Shown in pieces: positions 23,937-34,693 of a stretch of DNA of 64,000 nucleotides. The notes beneath the pieces were generated by a model that saw only the letters and a program-made list of their open reading frames with translations, had not been told where the DNA came from and searched no databases. The translations under genes were made by a program, and so were the position numbers. The stretch's first letter is position 1, and every line of letters begins with the position of its first letter. This DNA comes from Escherichia coli (GTDB lineage: Bacteria; Pseudomonadota; Gammaproteobacteria; Enterobacterales; Enterobacteriaceae): the NCBI RefSeq assembly GCF_013122565.1, contig NZ_CP053258.1. The stretch is one strand, 5' to 3'.

Positions 23937-24674
23937 ATGCTGCAAAATATTCGAATTGTGCTGGTGGAGACGTCACACACCGGCAATATGGGTTCTGTTG
24001 CCCGTGCCATGAAAACAATGGGATTAACCAATCTGTGGCTGGTTAATCCACTGGTGAAACCCGACTCCCAGGCGATTGCCCTGGCAGCAGGGGCCAGCGA
24101 TGTGATTGGTAATGCTCACATCGTCGATACGCTCGACGAAGCGTTAGCCGGTTGTAGCCTGGTGGTGGGCACCAGCGCACGCTCCCGCACGCTGCCGTGG
24201 CCGATGCTCGACCCGCGCGAATGCGGTCTGAAAAGCGTCGCTGAAGCGGCAAATACCCCGGTGGCGCTGGTTTTTGGTCGCGAGCGTGTTGGCTTGACCA
24301 ATGAAGAGTTGCAGAAATGCCATTATCATGTCGCGATTGCCGCGAACCCGGAATACAGCTCGCTGAACCTGGCGATGGCGGTGCAGGTTATTGCCTATGA
24401 AGTGCGTATGGCCTGGCTGGCAACTCAGGAAAACGGCGAGCAGGTCGAGCATGAAGAGACGCCATATCCGCTGGTCGATGATCTGGAGCGTTTTTATGGT
24501 CATCTCGAACAAACGCTGCTGGCAACCGGTTTTATTCGTGAAAACCATCCGGGGCAGGTGATGAATAAACTGCGACGTCTGTTTACCCGTGCGCGCCCGG
24601 AAAGCCAGGAATTGAATATCCTGCGCGGGATTCTGGCTTCTATAGAGCAGCAGAATAAAGGTAATAAGGCCTGA
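23937..24674 (+). CDS. trmJ: tRNA (cytidine/uridine-2-prime-O)-methyltransferase TrmJ (SpoU family)
   Basis: SPOUT-class methyltransferase sequence, 245 aa, directly upstream of iscR. Confidence 0.92.
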
Positions 24675-24696
24675 GGGCTAAGCCAGATAAATGCAC

Positions 24697-24746
24697 GGAC
24701 GGTCCCCTCGCCCCTTCGGGGAGAGGGTTAGGGTGAGGGGAAGAGG
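24697..24746. repeat. GC-rich stem-loop-forming element downstream of trmJ (REP-like / possible terminator)
   Basis: ggacggtcccctcgccccttcggggagagggttagggtgaggggaagagg contains nested inverted repeats (ccccttcgggg; tcccctc/gaggggaa). Confidence 0.35.
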
Positions 24747-24866
24747 CCAGCGCTAATGCGAATAATTGCCCTCAACCCGCCCATGGTCTGGAAGGACAAC
24801 AGGTACAAACGCCACGATAAAAAAATGGCACTGAAGGTTAAATACCCGACTAAATCAGTCAAGTAA

Positions 24867-24891
24867 ATAGTTGACCAATTTACTCGGGAAT
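24867..24891. promoter_or_regulatory. IscR type-1 binding site in iscR promoter
   Basis: atagttgaccaatttactcgggaat fits the IscR type-1 motif ATASYYGACTRwwwYAGTCRRSTAT as I recall it; a second similar site follows at about 24898-24922. Confidence 0.55.
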
Positions 24892-24974
24892 GTCAGACTT
24901 GACCCTGCTATGCAATACCCCCACTTTTACAATAAAAAACCCCGGGCAGGGGCGAGTTTGAGGTGAAGTAAGAC

Positions 24975-25463
24975 ATGAGACTGACATCTAAAGGGCGCTA
25001 TGCCGTGACCGCAATGCTTGACGTTGCGCTCAACTCTGAAGCGGGCCCGGTACCGTTGGCTGATATTTCCGAACGTCAGGGAATTTCCCTTTCTTATCTG
25101 GAACAACTGTTTTCCCGTCTGCGTAAAAATGGTCTGGTTTCCAGCGTACGTGGACCAGGCGGTGGTTATCTGTTAGGCAAAGATGCCAGCAGCATCGCCG
25201 TTGGCGAAGTGATTAGCGCCGTTGACGAATCTGTAGATGCCACCCGTTGTCAGGGTAAAGGCGGCTGCCAGGGCGGCGATAAATGCCTGACCCACGCGCT
25301 GTGGCGTGATTTGAGCGACCGTCTCACCGGTTTTCTCAACAACATTACTTTAGGCGAACTGGTTAATAACCAGGAAGTGCTGGATGTGTCTGGTCGTCAG
25401 CATACTCACGACGCACCACGCACACGCACACAAGACGCGATCGACGTTAAGTTACGCGCTTAA
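24975..25463 (+). CDS. iscR: Fe-S cluster assembly transcriptional regulator IscR (Rrf2 family)
   Basis: [55 protein letters not shown] with Cys ligands; 162 aa. Confidence 0.96.
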
Positions 25464-25476
25464 TAAAAAGAATTCA

Positions 25477-25540
25477 GAATCAGGCCGGGGCGTATCGCGC
25501 TCCGTAAACACGGTCGTACATCCAGCCGGTAGCCTGATTC
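25477..25540. promoter_or_regulatory. Structured iscR-iscS intergenic region (stem-loop; candidate site of RyhB-dependent differential stability)
   Basis: 9-bp arms gaatcaggc / gcctgattc enclosing a GC-rich interior, between the iscR stop and the iscS start codon. Confidence 0.45.
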
Positions 25541-25574
25541 CTTGCATTGAGTGATGTACGGAGTTTATAGAGCA

Positions 25575-26789
25575 ATGAAATTACCGATTTATCTCGACTA
25601 CTCCGCAACCACGCCGGTGGACCCGCGTGTTGCCGAGAAAATGATGCAGTTTATGACGATGGACGGAACCTTTGGTAACCCGGCCTCCCGTTCTCACCGT
25701 TTCGGCTGGCAGGCTGAAGAAGCGGTAGATATCGCCCGTAATCAGATTGCCGATCTGGTCGGCGCAGATCCGCGTGAAATCGTCTTTACCTCTGGTGCAA
25801 CCGAATCTGACAACCTGGCGATCAAAGGTGCAGCCAACTTTTATCAGAAAAAAGGCAAGCACATCATCACCAGCAAAACCGAACACAAAGCAGTACTGGA
25901 TACCTGCCGTCAGCTGGAGCGCGAAGGTTTTGAAGTCACCTACCTGGCACCGCAGCGTAACGGCATTATCGACCTGAAAGAACTTGAAGCAGCGATGCGT
26001 GACGACACCATCCTCGTGTCCATCATGCACGTAAATAACGAAATCGGCGTGGTGCAGGATATCGCGGCTATCGGCGAAATGTGCCGTGCTCGTGGCATTA
26101 TCTATCACGTTGATGCAACCCAGAGCGTGGGCAAACTGCCTATCGACCTGAGCCAGTTGAAAGTTGACCTGATGTCTTTCTCCGGTCACAAAATCTATGG
26201 CCCGAAAGGTATCGGTGCGCTGTATGTGCGTCGTAAACCGCGCGTACGCATCGAAGCGCAAATGCACGGCGGCGGTCACGAGCGCGGTATGCGTTCCGGC
26301 ACTCTGCCTGTTCACCAGATCGTCGGTATGGGCGAAGCCTATCGCATCGCAAAAGAAGAGATGGCGACCGAGATGGAACGTCTGCGCGGCCTGCGTAACC
26401 GTCTGTGGAACGGCATCAAAGATATCGAAGAAGTTTACCTGAACGGTGACCTCGAACACGGTGCGCCGAACATTCTCAACGTCAGCTTTAACTACGTTGA
26501 AGGTGAGTCGCTGATTATGGCGCTGAAAGACCTCGCGGTTTCTTCCGGTTCCGCCTGTACGTCAGCAAGCCTCGAACCGTCCTACGTGCTGCGCGCGCTG
26601 GGGCTGAACGACGAGCTGGCACATAGCTCTATCCGTTTCTCTTTAGGTCGTTTTACTACTGAAGAAGAGATCGACTACACCATCGAGTTAGTTCGTAAAT
26701 CCATCGGTCGTCTGCGTGACCTTTCTCCACTGTGGGAAATGTACAAGCAGGGCGTGGATCTGAACAGCATCGAATGGGCTCATCATTAA
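25575..26789 (+). CDS. iscS: Cysteine desulfurase IscS
   Basis: [19 protein letters not shown]..., PLP-lysine [10 protein letters not shown], active-site Cys region SSGSACTS; 404 aa from internal ATG. Confidence 0.97.
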
Positions 26790-26816
26790 TCGGTATCGGA
26801 ATCAGGAGAATTTATA

Positions 26817-27203
26817 ATGGCTTACAGCGAAAAAGTTATCGACCATTACGAGAATCCGCGTAACGTGGGTTCCTTTGACAACAACGACGAGAACGTCGGC
26901 AGCGGCATGGTGGGTGCACCGGCCTGTGGCGACGTGATGAAGTTGCAGATTAAAGTCAACGATGAAGGTATCATTGAAGACGCGCGTTTTAAAACTTACG
27001 GCTGCGGTTCTGCTATCGCTTCCAGCTCCCTGGTCACCGAATGGGTGAAAGGGAAGTCTCTCGACGAAGCGCAGGCGATCAAAAACACCGATATTGCTGA
27101 AGAACTTGAACTGCCGCCGGTGAAAATTCACTGTTCTATTCTGGCAGAAGACGCGATCAAAGCCGCCATTGCGGACTATAAAAGCAAACGTGAAGCAAAA
27201 TAA
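26817..27203 (+). CDS. iscU: Fe-S cluster scaffold protein IscU
   Basis: Conserved Cys motifs GAPACGDVMKLQ, YGCGSAIASS and LPPVKIHCS; 128 aa. Confidence 0.97.
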   Translation: MAYSEKVIDHYENPRNVGSFDNNDENVGSGMVGAPACGDVMKLQIKVNDEGIIEDARFKTYGCGSAIASSSLVTEWVKGKSLDEAQAIKNTDIAEELELPPVKIHCSILAEDAIKAAIADYKSKREAK

Positions 27204-27219
27204 GAGTTGAGGTTTGGTT

Positions 27220-27543
27220 ATGTCGATTACACTTAGCGACAGTGCAGCAGCGCGAGTAAATACCTTTCTGGCTAACCGTGGCAAAGGGTTTGGCCTGCGT
27301 CTGGGCGTGAGAACCTCCGGATGTTCAGGTATGGCTTATGTACTGGAATTTGTTGACGAACCGACGCCGGAAGACATCGTGTTTGAAGACAAAGGCGTGA
27401 AAGTCGTGGTCGATGGCAAAAGCCTGCAATTTCTGGACGGTACGCAGCTGGACTTCGTAAAAGAAGGCCTGAACGAAGGGTTTAAATTCACCAACCCGAA
27501 CGTTAAAGATGAGTGTGGTTGCGGCGAAAGCTTCCACGTTTGA
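27220..27543 (+). CDS. iscA: Fe-S cluster insertion protein IscA (A-type carrier)
   Basis: [13 protein letters not shown]... with C-terminal CGCGESF; start at ATG 27220. Confidence 0.96.
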   Translation: MSITLSDSAAARVNTFLANRGKGFGLRLGVRTSGCSGMAYVLEFVDEPTPEDIVFEDKGVKVVVDGKSLQFLDGTQLDFVKEGLNEGFKFTNPNVKDECGCGESFHV

Positions 27544-27638
27544 TGCGCATACCGATAACCCCACCGTGGTCGCCTGCGCGTGGGGTTTGTTTTACCTGAT
27601 TCGCCGTTATCGCGGCGGATCGCAGCCCTGAGAATGTT

Positions 27639-28154
27639 ATGGATTACTTCACCCTCTTTGGCTTGCCTGCCCGTTATCAACTCGATACCCAGGCACTGAG
27701 CCTGCGTTTTCAGGATCTACAACGTCAGTATCATCCTGATAAATTCGCCAGCGGAAGCCAGGCGGAACAACTCGCCGCCGTACAGCAATCTGCAACCATT
27801 AACCAGGCATGGCAAACGCTGCGTCATCCGTTAATGCGCGCGGAATATTTGCTTTCTTTGCACGGCTTTGATCTCGCCAGCGAGCAGCATACTGTGCGCG
27901 ACACCGCGTTCCTGATGGAACAGCTGGAACTGCGCGAAGAACTGGACGAGATCGAACAGGCGAAAGATGAAGCGCGGCTGGAAAACTTTATCAAACGTGT
28001 GAAAAAGATGTTTGATACCCGCCATCAGTTGATGGTTGAACAGTTAGACAACGAGACGTGGGACGCGGCGGCGGATACCGTGCGTAAGCTGCGTTTTCTC
28101 GATAAACTGCAAAGCAGTGCCGAACAACTCGAAGAAAAACTGCTCGATTTTTAA
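27639..28154 (+). CDS. hscB: Co-chaperone HscB (J-domain)
   Basis: J-domain with HPD motif (QRQYHPDKF); 171 aa. Confidence 0.95.
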   Translation: MDYFTLFGLPARYQLDTQALSLRFQDLQRQYHPDKFASGSQAEQLAAVQQSATINQAWQTLRHPLMRAEYLLSLHGFDLASEQHTVRDTAFLMEQLELREELDEIEQAKDEARLENFIKRVKKMFDTRHQLMVEQLDNETWDAAADTVRKLRFLDKLQSSAEQLEEKLLDF

Positions 28155-28170
28155 TTTCTGGAAGCTAAAC

Positions 28171-30021
28171 ATGGCCTTATTACAAATTAGTGAACCTGGT
28201 TTGAGTGCTGCGCCGCATCAGCGTCGTCTGGCGGCCGGTATTGACCTGGGCACAACCAACTCGCTGGTGGCGACAGTGCGCAGCGGTCAGGCCGAAACGT
28301 TAGCCGACCATGAAGGCCGTCACCTGCTGCCATCTGTTGTTCACTATCAACAGCAAGGGCATTCGGTGGGTTATGACGCGCGTACTAATGCAGCGCTCGA
28401 TACCGCCAACACAATTAGTTCTGTTAAACGCCTGATGGGACGCTCACTGGCTGATATCCAGCAACGCTATCCGCATCTGCCTTATCAATTCCAGGCCAGC
28501 GAAAACGGCCTGCCGATGATTGAAACGGCGGCGGGGCTGCTGAACCCGGTGCTCGTTTCTGCGGACATCCTCAAAGCACTGGCGGCGCGGGCAACTGAAG
28601 CCCTGGCAGGCGAGCTGGATGGTGTAGTTATCACCGTTCCGGCGTACTTTGACGATGCCCAGCGTCAGGGCACCAAAGACGCGGCGCGTCTGGCGGGCCT
28701 TCACGTCCTGCGCTTACTTAACGAACCGACCGCTGCGGCTATCGCCTACGGGCTGGATTCCGGTCAGGAAGGCGTGATCGCCGTTTATGACCTCGGTGGC
28801 GGGACGTTTGATATTTCCATTCTGCGCTTAAGTCGCGGCGTGTTTGAAGTGCTGGCAACCGGCGGTGATTCCGCGCTCGGCGGCGATGATTTCGACCATC
28901 TGCTGGCGGATTACATTCGTGAGCAGGCGGGCATTCCTGATCGTAGCGATAACCGCGTTCAGCGTGAACTGCTGGATGCCGCCATTGCAGCCAAAATCGC
29001 GCTGAGCGATGCGGACTCCGTGACCGTTAACGTTGCGGGCTGGCAGGGCGAAATCAGCCGTGAACAATTCAATGAACTGATCGCGCCACTGGTAAAACGA
29101 ACCTTACTGGCCTGTCGTCGCGCGCTGAAAGACGCGGGTGTAGAAGCTGATGAAGTGCTGGAAGTGGTGATGGTGGGCGGTTCTACTCGCGTGCCGCTAG
29201 TGCGTGAACGGGTAGGCGAATTTTTCGGTCGTCCACCGCTGACTTCCATCGACCCGGATAAAGTCGTCGCTATTGGCGCGGCGATTCAGGCGGATATTCT
29301 GGTGGGTAACAAGCCAGACAGCGAAATGCTGCTGCTTGATGTGATCCCACTGTCGCTGGGCCTCGAAACGATGGGCGGCCTGGTGGAGAAAGTGATTCCG
29401 CGTAATACCACTATTCCGGTGGCCCGCGCTCAGGATTTCACCACCTTTAAAGATGGTCAGACGGCGATGTCTATCCATGTAATGCAGGGTGAGCGTGAAC
29501 TGGTACAGGACTGCCGCTCGCTGGCGCGTTTTGCGCTGCGTGGTATCCCGGCGTTACCGGCTGGCGGAGCGCATATTCGCGTAACGTTCCAGGTTGATGC
29601 CGACGGTCTTTTGAGCGTGACGGCGATGGAGAAATCCACCGGCGTTGAGGCGTCTATTCAGGTCAAACCGTCTTACGGTCTGACCGATAGAGAAATCGCT
29701 TCGATGATCAAAGACTCAATGAGCTATGCCGAGCAGGACGTAAAAGCCCGAATGCTGGCAGAACAAAAAGTAGAAGCGGCGCGTGTGCTGGAAAGTCTGT
29801 ACGGCGCGCTGGCTGCTGATGCCGCGCTGTTAAGCGCCGCAGAACGTCAGGTCATTGACGATGCTGCCGCTCACCTGAGTGAAGTGGCGCAGGGCGATGA
29901 TGTTGACGCCATCGAACAAGCGATTAAAAACGTAGACAAACAAACCCAGGATTTCGCCGCTCGCCGCATGGACCAGTCGGTTCGTCGTGCGCTGAAAGGC
30001 CATTCCGTGGACGAGGTTTAA
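28171..30021 (+). CDS. hscA: Hsp70-type chaperone HscA
   Basis: [10 protein letters not shown]...[11 protein letters not shown] Hsp70 ATPase motifs; start at internal ATG 28171 giving 616 aa. Confidence 0.96.
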   Translation: MALLQISEPGLSAAPHQRRLAAGIDLGTTNSLVATVRSGQAETLADHEGRHLLPSVVHYQQQGHSVGYDARTNAALDTANTISSVKRLMGRSLADIQQRYPHLPYQFQASENGLPMIETAAGLLNPVLVSADILKALAARATEALAGELDGVVITVPAYFDDAQRQGTKDAARLAGLHVLRLLNEPTAAAIAYGLDSGQEGVIAVYDLGGGTFDISILRLSRGVFEVLATGGDSALGGDDFDHLLADYIREQAGIPDRSDNRVQRELLDAAIAAKIALSDADSVTVNVAGWQGEISREQFNELIAPLVKRTLLACRRALKDAGVEADEVLEVVMVGGSTRVPLVRERVGEFFGRPPLTSIDPDKVVAIGAAIQADILVGNKPDSEMLLLDVIPLSLGLETMGGLVEKVIPRNTTIPVARAQDFTTFKDGQTAMSIHVMQGERELVQDCRSLARFALRGIPALPAGGAHIRVTFQVDADGLLSVTAMEKSTGVEASIQVKPSYGLTDREIASMIKDSMSYAEQDVKARMLAEQKVEAARVLESLYGALAADAALLSAAERQVIDDAAAHLSEVAQGDDVDAIEQAIKNVDKQTQDFAARRMDQSVRRALKGHSVDEV

Positions 30022-30022
30022 T

Positions 30023-30358
30023 ATGCCAAAGATTGTTATTTTGCCTCATCAGGATCTCTGCCCTGATGGCGCTGTTCTGGAAGCTAATAGCGGTGAAACC
30101 ATTCTCGACGCAGCTCTGCGTAACGGTATCGAGATTGAACACGCCTGTGAAAAATCCTGTGCTTGCACCACCTGCCACTGCATCGTTCGTGAAGGTTTTG
30201 ACTCGCTGCCGGAAAGCTCAGAGCAGGAAGACGACATGCTGGACAAAGCCTGGGGACTGGAGCCGGAAAGCCGTTTAAGCTGCCAGGCGCGCGTCACCGA
30301 CGAAGATTTAGTGGTCGAAATCCCGCGTTACACTATCAACCATGCGCGTGAGCATTAA
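30023..30358 (+). CDS. fdx: [2Fe-2S] ferredoxin
   Basis: Cys ligand pattern [12 protein letters not shown]...C; 111 aa. Confidence 0.96.
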
Positions 30359-30369
30359 CAGAGGTTAGT

Positions 30370-30570
30370 ATGGGACTTAAGTGGACCGATAGCCGCGAAA
30401 TTGGCGAAGCACTGTACGATGCGTATCCCGATCTTGATCCGAAAACGGTTCGATTCACCGATATGCATCAGTGGATTTGCGATCTGGAAGATTTCGACGA
30501 CGACCCGCAGGCATCCAACGAGAAAATCCTCGAAGCGATTTTGTTAGTCTGGCTGGACGAAGCCGAGTAA
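30370..30570 (+). CDS. iscX: Fe-S assembly protein IscX
   Basis: 66-aa acidic protein [47 protein letters not shown]. Confidence 0.93.
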
Positions 30571-30747
30571 TTTCCGCGTCATGCTTCACGCCGCAGATGC
30601 GTTGGCTGCGCTCGTTCACCCCAGTCACATAGTTATCTATGCTCCTGGGGCTTCACTCACTTGCCGCCTTCCTGCAACGCGAATCATTTAGCGGAAAAAT
30701 CCTGGGGCTGCCAACTGGCGGCCCTTTTACAAAGAAGGATAACTAAA

Positions 30748-32031
30748 ATGACAGAAGCGATGAAAATTACCCTCTCTACCCAACCTGCCGACGCGCGCTG
30801 GGGAGAAAAAGCAACTTACAGCATTAATAATGACGGCATTACCCTGCATTTGAACGGGGCAGACGATCTGGGGCTGATCCAGCGTGCGGCGCGCAAAATT
30901 GACGGTCTGGGCATCAAACATGTTCAGCTAAGCGGTGAAGGCTGGGATGTGGATCGCTGCTGGGCATTCTGGCAAGGTTACAAAGCCCCGAAAGGCACGC
31001 GTAAAGTGGAGTGGCCGGATCTGGACGATGCCCAGCGCCAGGAACTGGATAACCGCCTGATGATCATCGACTGGGTGCGTGACACCATCAACGCACCGGC
31101 GGAAGAGCTGGGGCCATCGCAACTGGCACAGCGTGCTGTTGATCTGATCAGCAACGTCGCAGGCGATCGTGTGACTTATCGGATCACCAAAGGTGAAGAT
31201 CTGCGTGATCAAGGTTATATGGGGCTGCACACTGTCGGGCGCGGTTCAGAACGTTCTCCGGTATTGCTGGCGCTGGATTACAACCCAACTGGCGATAAAG
31301 AAGCACCGGTGTACGCGTGCCTGGTTGGTAAAGGCATCACTTTTGATTCCGGCGGCTACAGCATCAAACAGACTGCGTTTATGGACTCGATGAAGTCGGA
31401 CATGGGCGGCGCGGCAACGGTTGCCGGGGCGCTGGCATTTGCCATTACGCGCGGACTGAACAAGCGCGTGAAGCTGTTCCTCTGCTGTGCGGATAACCTG
31501 ATTAGCGGCAATGCGTTCAAGCTGGGCGATATCATCACCTATCGCAACGGTAAAAAAGTTGAAGTGATGAACACTGATGCCGAAGGGCGTCTGGTGCTGG
31601 CCGATGGTCTGATTGATGCCAGTGCGCAGAAACCGGAACTGATCATTGATGCGGCGACCCTCACCGGGGCGGCGAAAACCGCGCTGGGTAATGATTATCA
31701 TGCGCTGTTCAGTTTTGACGATGCGCTGGCCGGTCGCTTGCTGGCGAGTGCCGCGCAGGAGAACGAACCATTCTGGCGTCTGCCGCTGGCGGAATTCCAC
31801 CGCAGCCAGCTGCCGTCTAACTTTGCCGAACTGAACAATACCGGAAGCGCGGCGTACCCGGCAGGCGCGAGCACGGCGGCGGGCTTCCTGTCGCACTTTG
31901 TTGAGAACTATCAGCAAGGCTGGCTGCATATCGACTGCTCGGCGACTTACCGTAAAGCGCCGGTTGAACAGTGGTCTGCGGGTGCTACGGGACTTGGTGT
32001 GCGCACGATTGCTAATCTGTTAACGGCGTAA
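30748..32031 (+). CDS. pepB: Peptidase B (M17 leucyl aminopeptidase family)
   Basis: M17 signature [12 protein letters not shown]; start at internal ATG 30748 (AAGGA Shine-Dalgarno) giving 427 aa. Confidence 0.95.
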   Translation: MTEAMKITLSTQPADARWGEKATYSINNDGITLHLNGADDLGLIQRAARKIDGLGIKHVQLSGEGWDVDRCWAFWQGYKAPKGTRKVEWPDLDDAQRQELDNRLMIIDWVRDTINAPAEELGPSQLAQRAVDLISNVAGDRVTYRITKGEDLRDQGYMGLHTVGRGSERSPVLLALDYNPTGDKEAPVYACLVGKGITFDSGGYSIKQTAFMDSMKSDMGGAATVAGALAFAITRGLNKRVKLFLCCADNLISGNAFKLGDIITYRNGKKVEVMNTDAEGRLVLADGLIDASAQKPELIIDAATLTGAAKTALGNDYHALFSFDDALAGRLLASAAQENEPFWRLPLAEFHRSQLPSNFAELNNTGSAAYPAGASTAAGFLSHFVENYQQGWLHIDCSATYRKAPVEQWSAGATGLGVRTIANLLTA

Positions 32032-32039
32032 ACTAATAT

Positions 32040-32150
<111 letters not shown>

Positions 32151-32173
32151 ACGTTGAATGAATTGTGGTTCTT

Positions 32174-32950
32174 ATGTCCGAAACAAAAAACGAACTTGAA
32201 GACCTGCTGGAAAAAGCAGCAACCGAACCGGCTCACCGCCCGGCCTTTTTCCGTACTCTACTGGAATCCACCGTCTGGGTGCCGGGTACGGCGGCGCAGG
32301 GCGAGGCAGTAGTTGAAGATAGCGCGCTTGATTTACAGCACTGGGAAAAAGAAGATGGCACCAGCGTCATTCCTTTTTTTACCTCGTTAGAAGCACTTCA
32401 ACAGGCGGTTGAAGACGAACAGGCATTTGTCGTAATGCCCGTTCGCACATTGTTTGAGATGACCCTTGGTGAAACGCTCTTCCTTAATGCCAAACTGCCA
32501 ACCGGTAAAGAGTTTATGCCGCGTGAAATCAGTTTGTTGATTGGTGAAGAAGGGAGTCCGCTGAGTAGTCAGGAAGTACTGGAAGGCGGTGAATCGCTGA
32601 TATTATCGGAAGTCGCAGAGCCGCCAGCACAAATGATTGATTCACTCACCACCTTATTTAAAACCATTAAGCCAGTGAAGCGTGCTTTTATTTGTTCAAT
32701 TAAAGAGAACGAAGAGGCACAGCCTAATTTACTTATTGGCATTGAAGCCGATGGTGATATCGAAGAAATTATTCAGGCGGCGGGAAGTGTAGCGACCGAT
32801 ACATTACCTGGCGATGAACCAATCGATATTTGTCAGGTGAAAAAAGGGGAAAAAGGAATTAGCCACTTTATTACCGAACATATTGCGCCATTCTATGAAC
32901 GTCGCTGGGGTGGTTTTTTGCGTGACTTTAAACAGAATCGGATAATCTAA
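32174..32950 (+). CDS. sseB: Protein SseB (enhances serine sensitivity)
   Basis: MSETKNELEDLLEKAATEPAHRPAFFRTLLEST...; 258 aa from ATG 32174; adjacent to pepB as in K-12. Confidence 0.88.
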   Translation: MSETKNELEDLLEKAATEPAHRPAFFRTLLESTVWVPGTAAQGEAVVEDSALDLQHWEKEDGTSVIPFFTSLEALQQAVEDEQAFVVMPVRTLFEMTLGETLFLNAKLPTGKEFMPREISLLIGEEGSPLSSQEVLEGGESLILSEVAEPPAQMIDSLTTLFKTIKPVKRAFICSIKENEEAQPNLLIGIEADGDIEEIIQAAGSVATDTLPGDEPIDICQVKKGEKGISHFITEHIAPFYERRWGGFLRDFKQNRII

Positions 32951-32953
32951 AAT

Positions 32954-32975
32954 ATGCCGCCCTAAAGGGCGGCAT
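32954..32975. terminator. Stem-loop after sseB, also positioned as terminator of the minus-strand toxin transcript
   Basis: atgccgccc taaa gggcggcat hairpin; on the minus strand it is followed by AUUUUA. Confidence 0.5.
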
Positions 32976-32981
32976 TCTGGC

Positions 32982-33119
32982 TTACCTGCTGTTCTGAAGG
33001 TTGTTAACCACCAGTAAATTGTCGCCGGAGAGACTCCGGTTATTATTTACCTCGGTTAACAGCGCACCAGAAACAATAAGTACGATACAGAAGCACCGTA
33101 TCTTCATTGTGCGGTCCAT
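32982..33119 (-). CDS. Small hydrophobic peptide, candidate type I toxin (TimP/RyfA-encoded-like), copy 1
   Basis: Minus-strand translation MDRTMKIRCFCIVLIVSGALLTEVNNNRSLSGDNLLVVNNLQNSR (internal Met gives 41 aa from 33107); single predicted TM-like segment; lies at the ryfA locus between sseB and sseA; below the 60-aa cutoff of the ORF track. Confidence 0.45.
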   Translation of the reverse strand: MDRTMKIRCFCIVLIVSGALLTEVNNNRSLSGDNLLVVNNLQNSR

Positions 33120-33330
33120 GCGAAGACCGCATCACGACAGCACCACTGGCGATATTGCCGCGATAGCAAGCGCTGAGACGCGCTTGCTCTAAAGGTCGCG
33201 GAACATCCTTTCCTTAAGCCAGCGCCCGCTTGCGAGACGGCGGAAAGGGCCGCAGTGGATAATACACTAACAGAACAATAATAACTCTCTTTTGCTTGAC
33301 AAAAAGAGAGTTACTGGCGAGTATTGTCTC

Positions 33331-33427
33331 CGCTGAGACGCGCTTGCATTACTACGGTAATACAACCTGCTGGAAAGGCCGCGAACCAAACCGGCAACAA
33401 ATAGCCGCCTGATTTTGGCGGTTTTTT
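33331..33427 (+). ncRNA. Divergent small RNA (TimR/RyfB-like antitoxin candidate), copy 1
   Basis: Sigma70-like promoter TTGACA (33296-33301), 17-bp spacer, GAGTAT (33319-33324); terminator ccgcc...ggcgg plus T6 at 33405-33427; 5-prime 17 nt (33331-33347) are the exact complement of the toxin mRNA leader segment at 33171-33187. Confidence 0.45.
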
Positions 33428-33552
33428 GTTGTTTAAAGAAAGTGAAATTACACGTTTAAGTAATATCTTTTATTGGTTAGTATTTTTAATATTAAGCGAA
33501 AATTGTTTATATTTGTCTGAATTCGGACTAATAAGTCAGGTTATTTTAATAT

Positions 33553-33628
33553 CGAACATATTGCGCCATTCTATGAATGTCGCTGGGGTGGGCTTTTGCG
33601 TGACTTTAAACAGAATCGGATAATCTAA
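33553..33628 (+). pseudogene. Duplicated 3-prime fragment of sseB (unit 2)
   Basis: Near-identical copy of sseB 32875-32950 including the stop codon and followed by a copy of the terminator hairpin; no upstream sseB sequence. Confidence 0.8.
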
Positions 33629-33659
33629 AATATGCCGCCCCAAAGGGCGGCATTCGGGC

Positions 33660-33797
33660 TTACTTGCTGCTCTGACGGTTGTTAACCACCAGTAAATTGT
33701 CGCCGGAGAGACTCCGGTTATTATTTACCTCGGTTAACAGCGCACCAGAAACAATAAGTACGATACAGAAGCACCGTATCTTCATTGTGCGGTCCAT
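33660..33797 (-). CDS. Small hydrophobic peptide, candidate type I toxin, copy 2
   Basis: Same ORF as copy 1 with identical hydrophobic core; C-terminal tail differs (…VVNNRQSSK). Confidence 0.45.
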   Translation of the reverse strand: MDRTMKIRCFCIVLIVSGALLTEVNNNRSLSGDNLLVVNNRQSSK

Positions 33798-34008
33798 GCG
33801 AAGACCGCATCACGACAGCACCACTGGCGATATTGCCGCGATAGCAAGCGCTGTGAAACACCTGCATTTACGGCCACGGAACATCCTTTCCTAAAGCCAG
33901 CGCCCGTTTGCGAGACGGCGGAAAGGGCCGGTGTCGATAATACGCTAAATAAACAATAATTACTCTCTTTTGCTTGACAAAAAGAGAGTTGCTGGCGAAT
34001 ATTGCTCT

Positions 34009-34109
34009 GCTGTGAAGCACCTGCGTTGCTCATGCAACACAAGTCAATCTGCTGGAGAGGCCGCGAACCAAACCGGCAACAAATAACCGCCTGATCTTGG
34101 CGGTTTTTT
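34009..34109 (+). ncRNA. Divergent small RNA (TimR/RyfB-like), copy 2
   Basis: TTGACA (33974-33979), 17-bp spacer, GAATAT (33997-34002); terminator at 34087-34109; 5-prime gctgtgaagcacctgc matches mRNA-leader segment 33850-33865 (two positions form G-U pairs). Confidence 0.45.
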
Positions 34110-34234
34110 GTTGCTTAAAGAAAGTGAATTTACATGTTTAAGTAATATCTTTTACCGGTTAGTATTTTTAATATTGAGCGGGATTTGTTTATATTTGTCT
34201 GAATTCGGACTAATAAGCCAGGTCATTTTAATAT

Positions 34235-34310
34235 CGAACATATTGCGCCATTCTATGAACGTCGCTGGGGTGGTTTTTTGCGTGACTTTAAACAGAATCG
34301 GATAATCTAA
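34235..34310 (+). pseudogene. Duplicated 3-prime fragment of sseB (unit 3)
   Basis: Identical to sseB 32875-32950 including stop; followed by terminator hairpin copy. Confidence 0.8.
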
Positions 34311-34341
34311 AATATGCCGCCCCAAAGGGCGGCATTCGGGC

Positions 34342-34479
34342 TTACCTGCTGTTCTGAAGGTTGTTAACCACCAATAAATTGTTGCCGGAGAGACTCCGGT
34401 TATTATTTACCTCAGTTAACAGCGCACCAGAAACAATAAGTACGATACAGAAGCACCGTATCTTCATTGTGCGGTCCAT
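34342..34479 (-). CDS. Small hydrophobic peptide, candidate type I toxin, copy 3
   Basis: Same ORF; relative to copy 1 two synonymous changes and one D-to-N change (…SLSGNNLLVV…). Confidence 0.45.
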   Translation of the reverse strand: MDRTMKIRCFCIVLIVSGALLTEVNNNRSLSGNNLLVVNNLQNSR

Positions 34480-34693
34480 GCGAAGACCGCATCACGACAG
34501 CACCACTGGCGATATTGCCGCGATAGCAAGCACTGTGGGGTGCCTGTATTTACGGTCATGGAACATCCTTTCCTAAAGCCAGTGCCCGTTTGCGAGACGG
34601 CGAAAAGGGCCGTTAAGAATAATACTCTCATGTTTGAATAATTACTCTGTTTATTATCTTGACATGGCCAGGCATAAAAGAGAGTATTTCAAC

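Noticed and set aside
25581-26459. 292-aa minus-strand ORF inside iscS
   Set aside because: Antisense shadow of iscS; iscS frame carries PLP and active-site cysteine motifs.
33001-33192. 63-71 aa plus-strand ORFs (MLTTSKLSPERL…) repeated in each ryfA-like unit (also 33679-33894, 34361-34576)
   Set aside because: TTG start, hydrophilic with no fold features, and exactly antisense to the hydrophobic toxin ORF; its conservation between copies is explained by nucleotide-level duplication.
33426-33623. 65-aa TTG-start ORFs in the AT-rich junction spacers (also 34108-34305)
   Set aside because: Non-ATG start with no ribosome-binding site, reads from spacer into the sseB-tail copy, and hydrophobicity is expected from T-rich sequence; kept only as a low-priority note.
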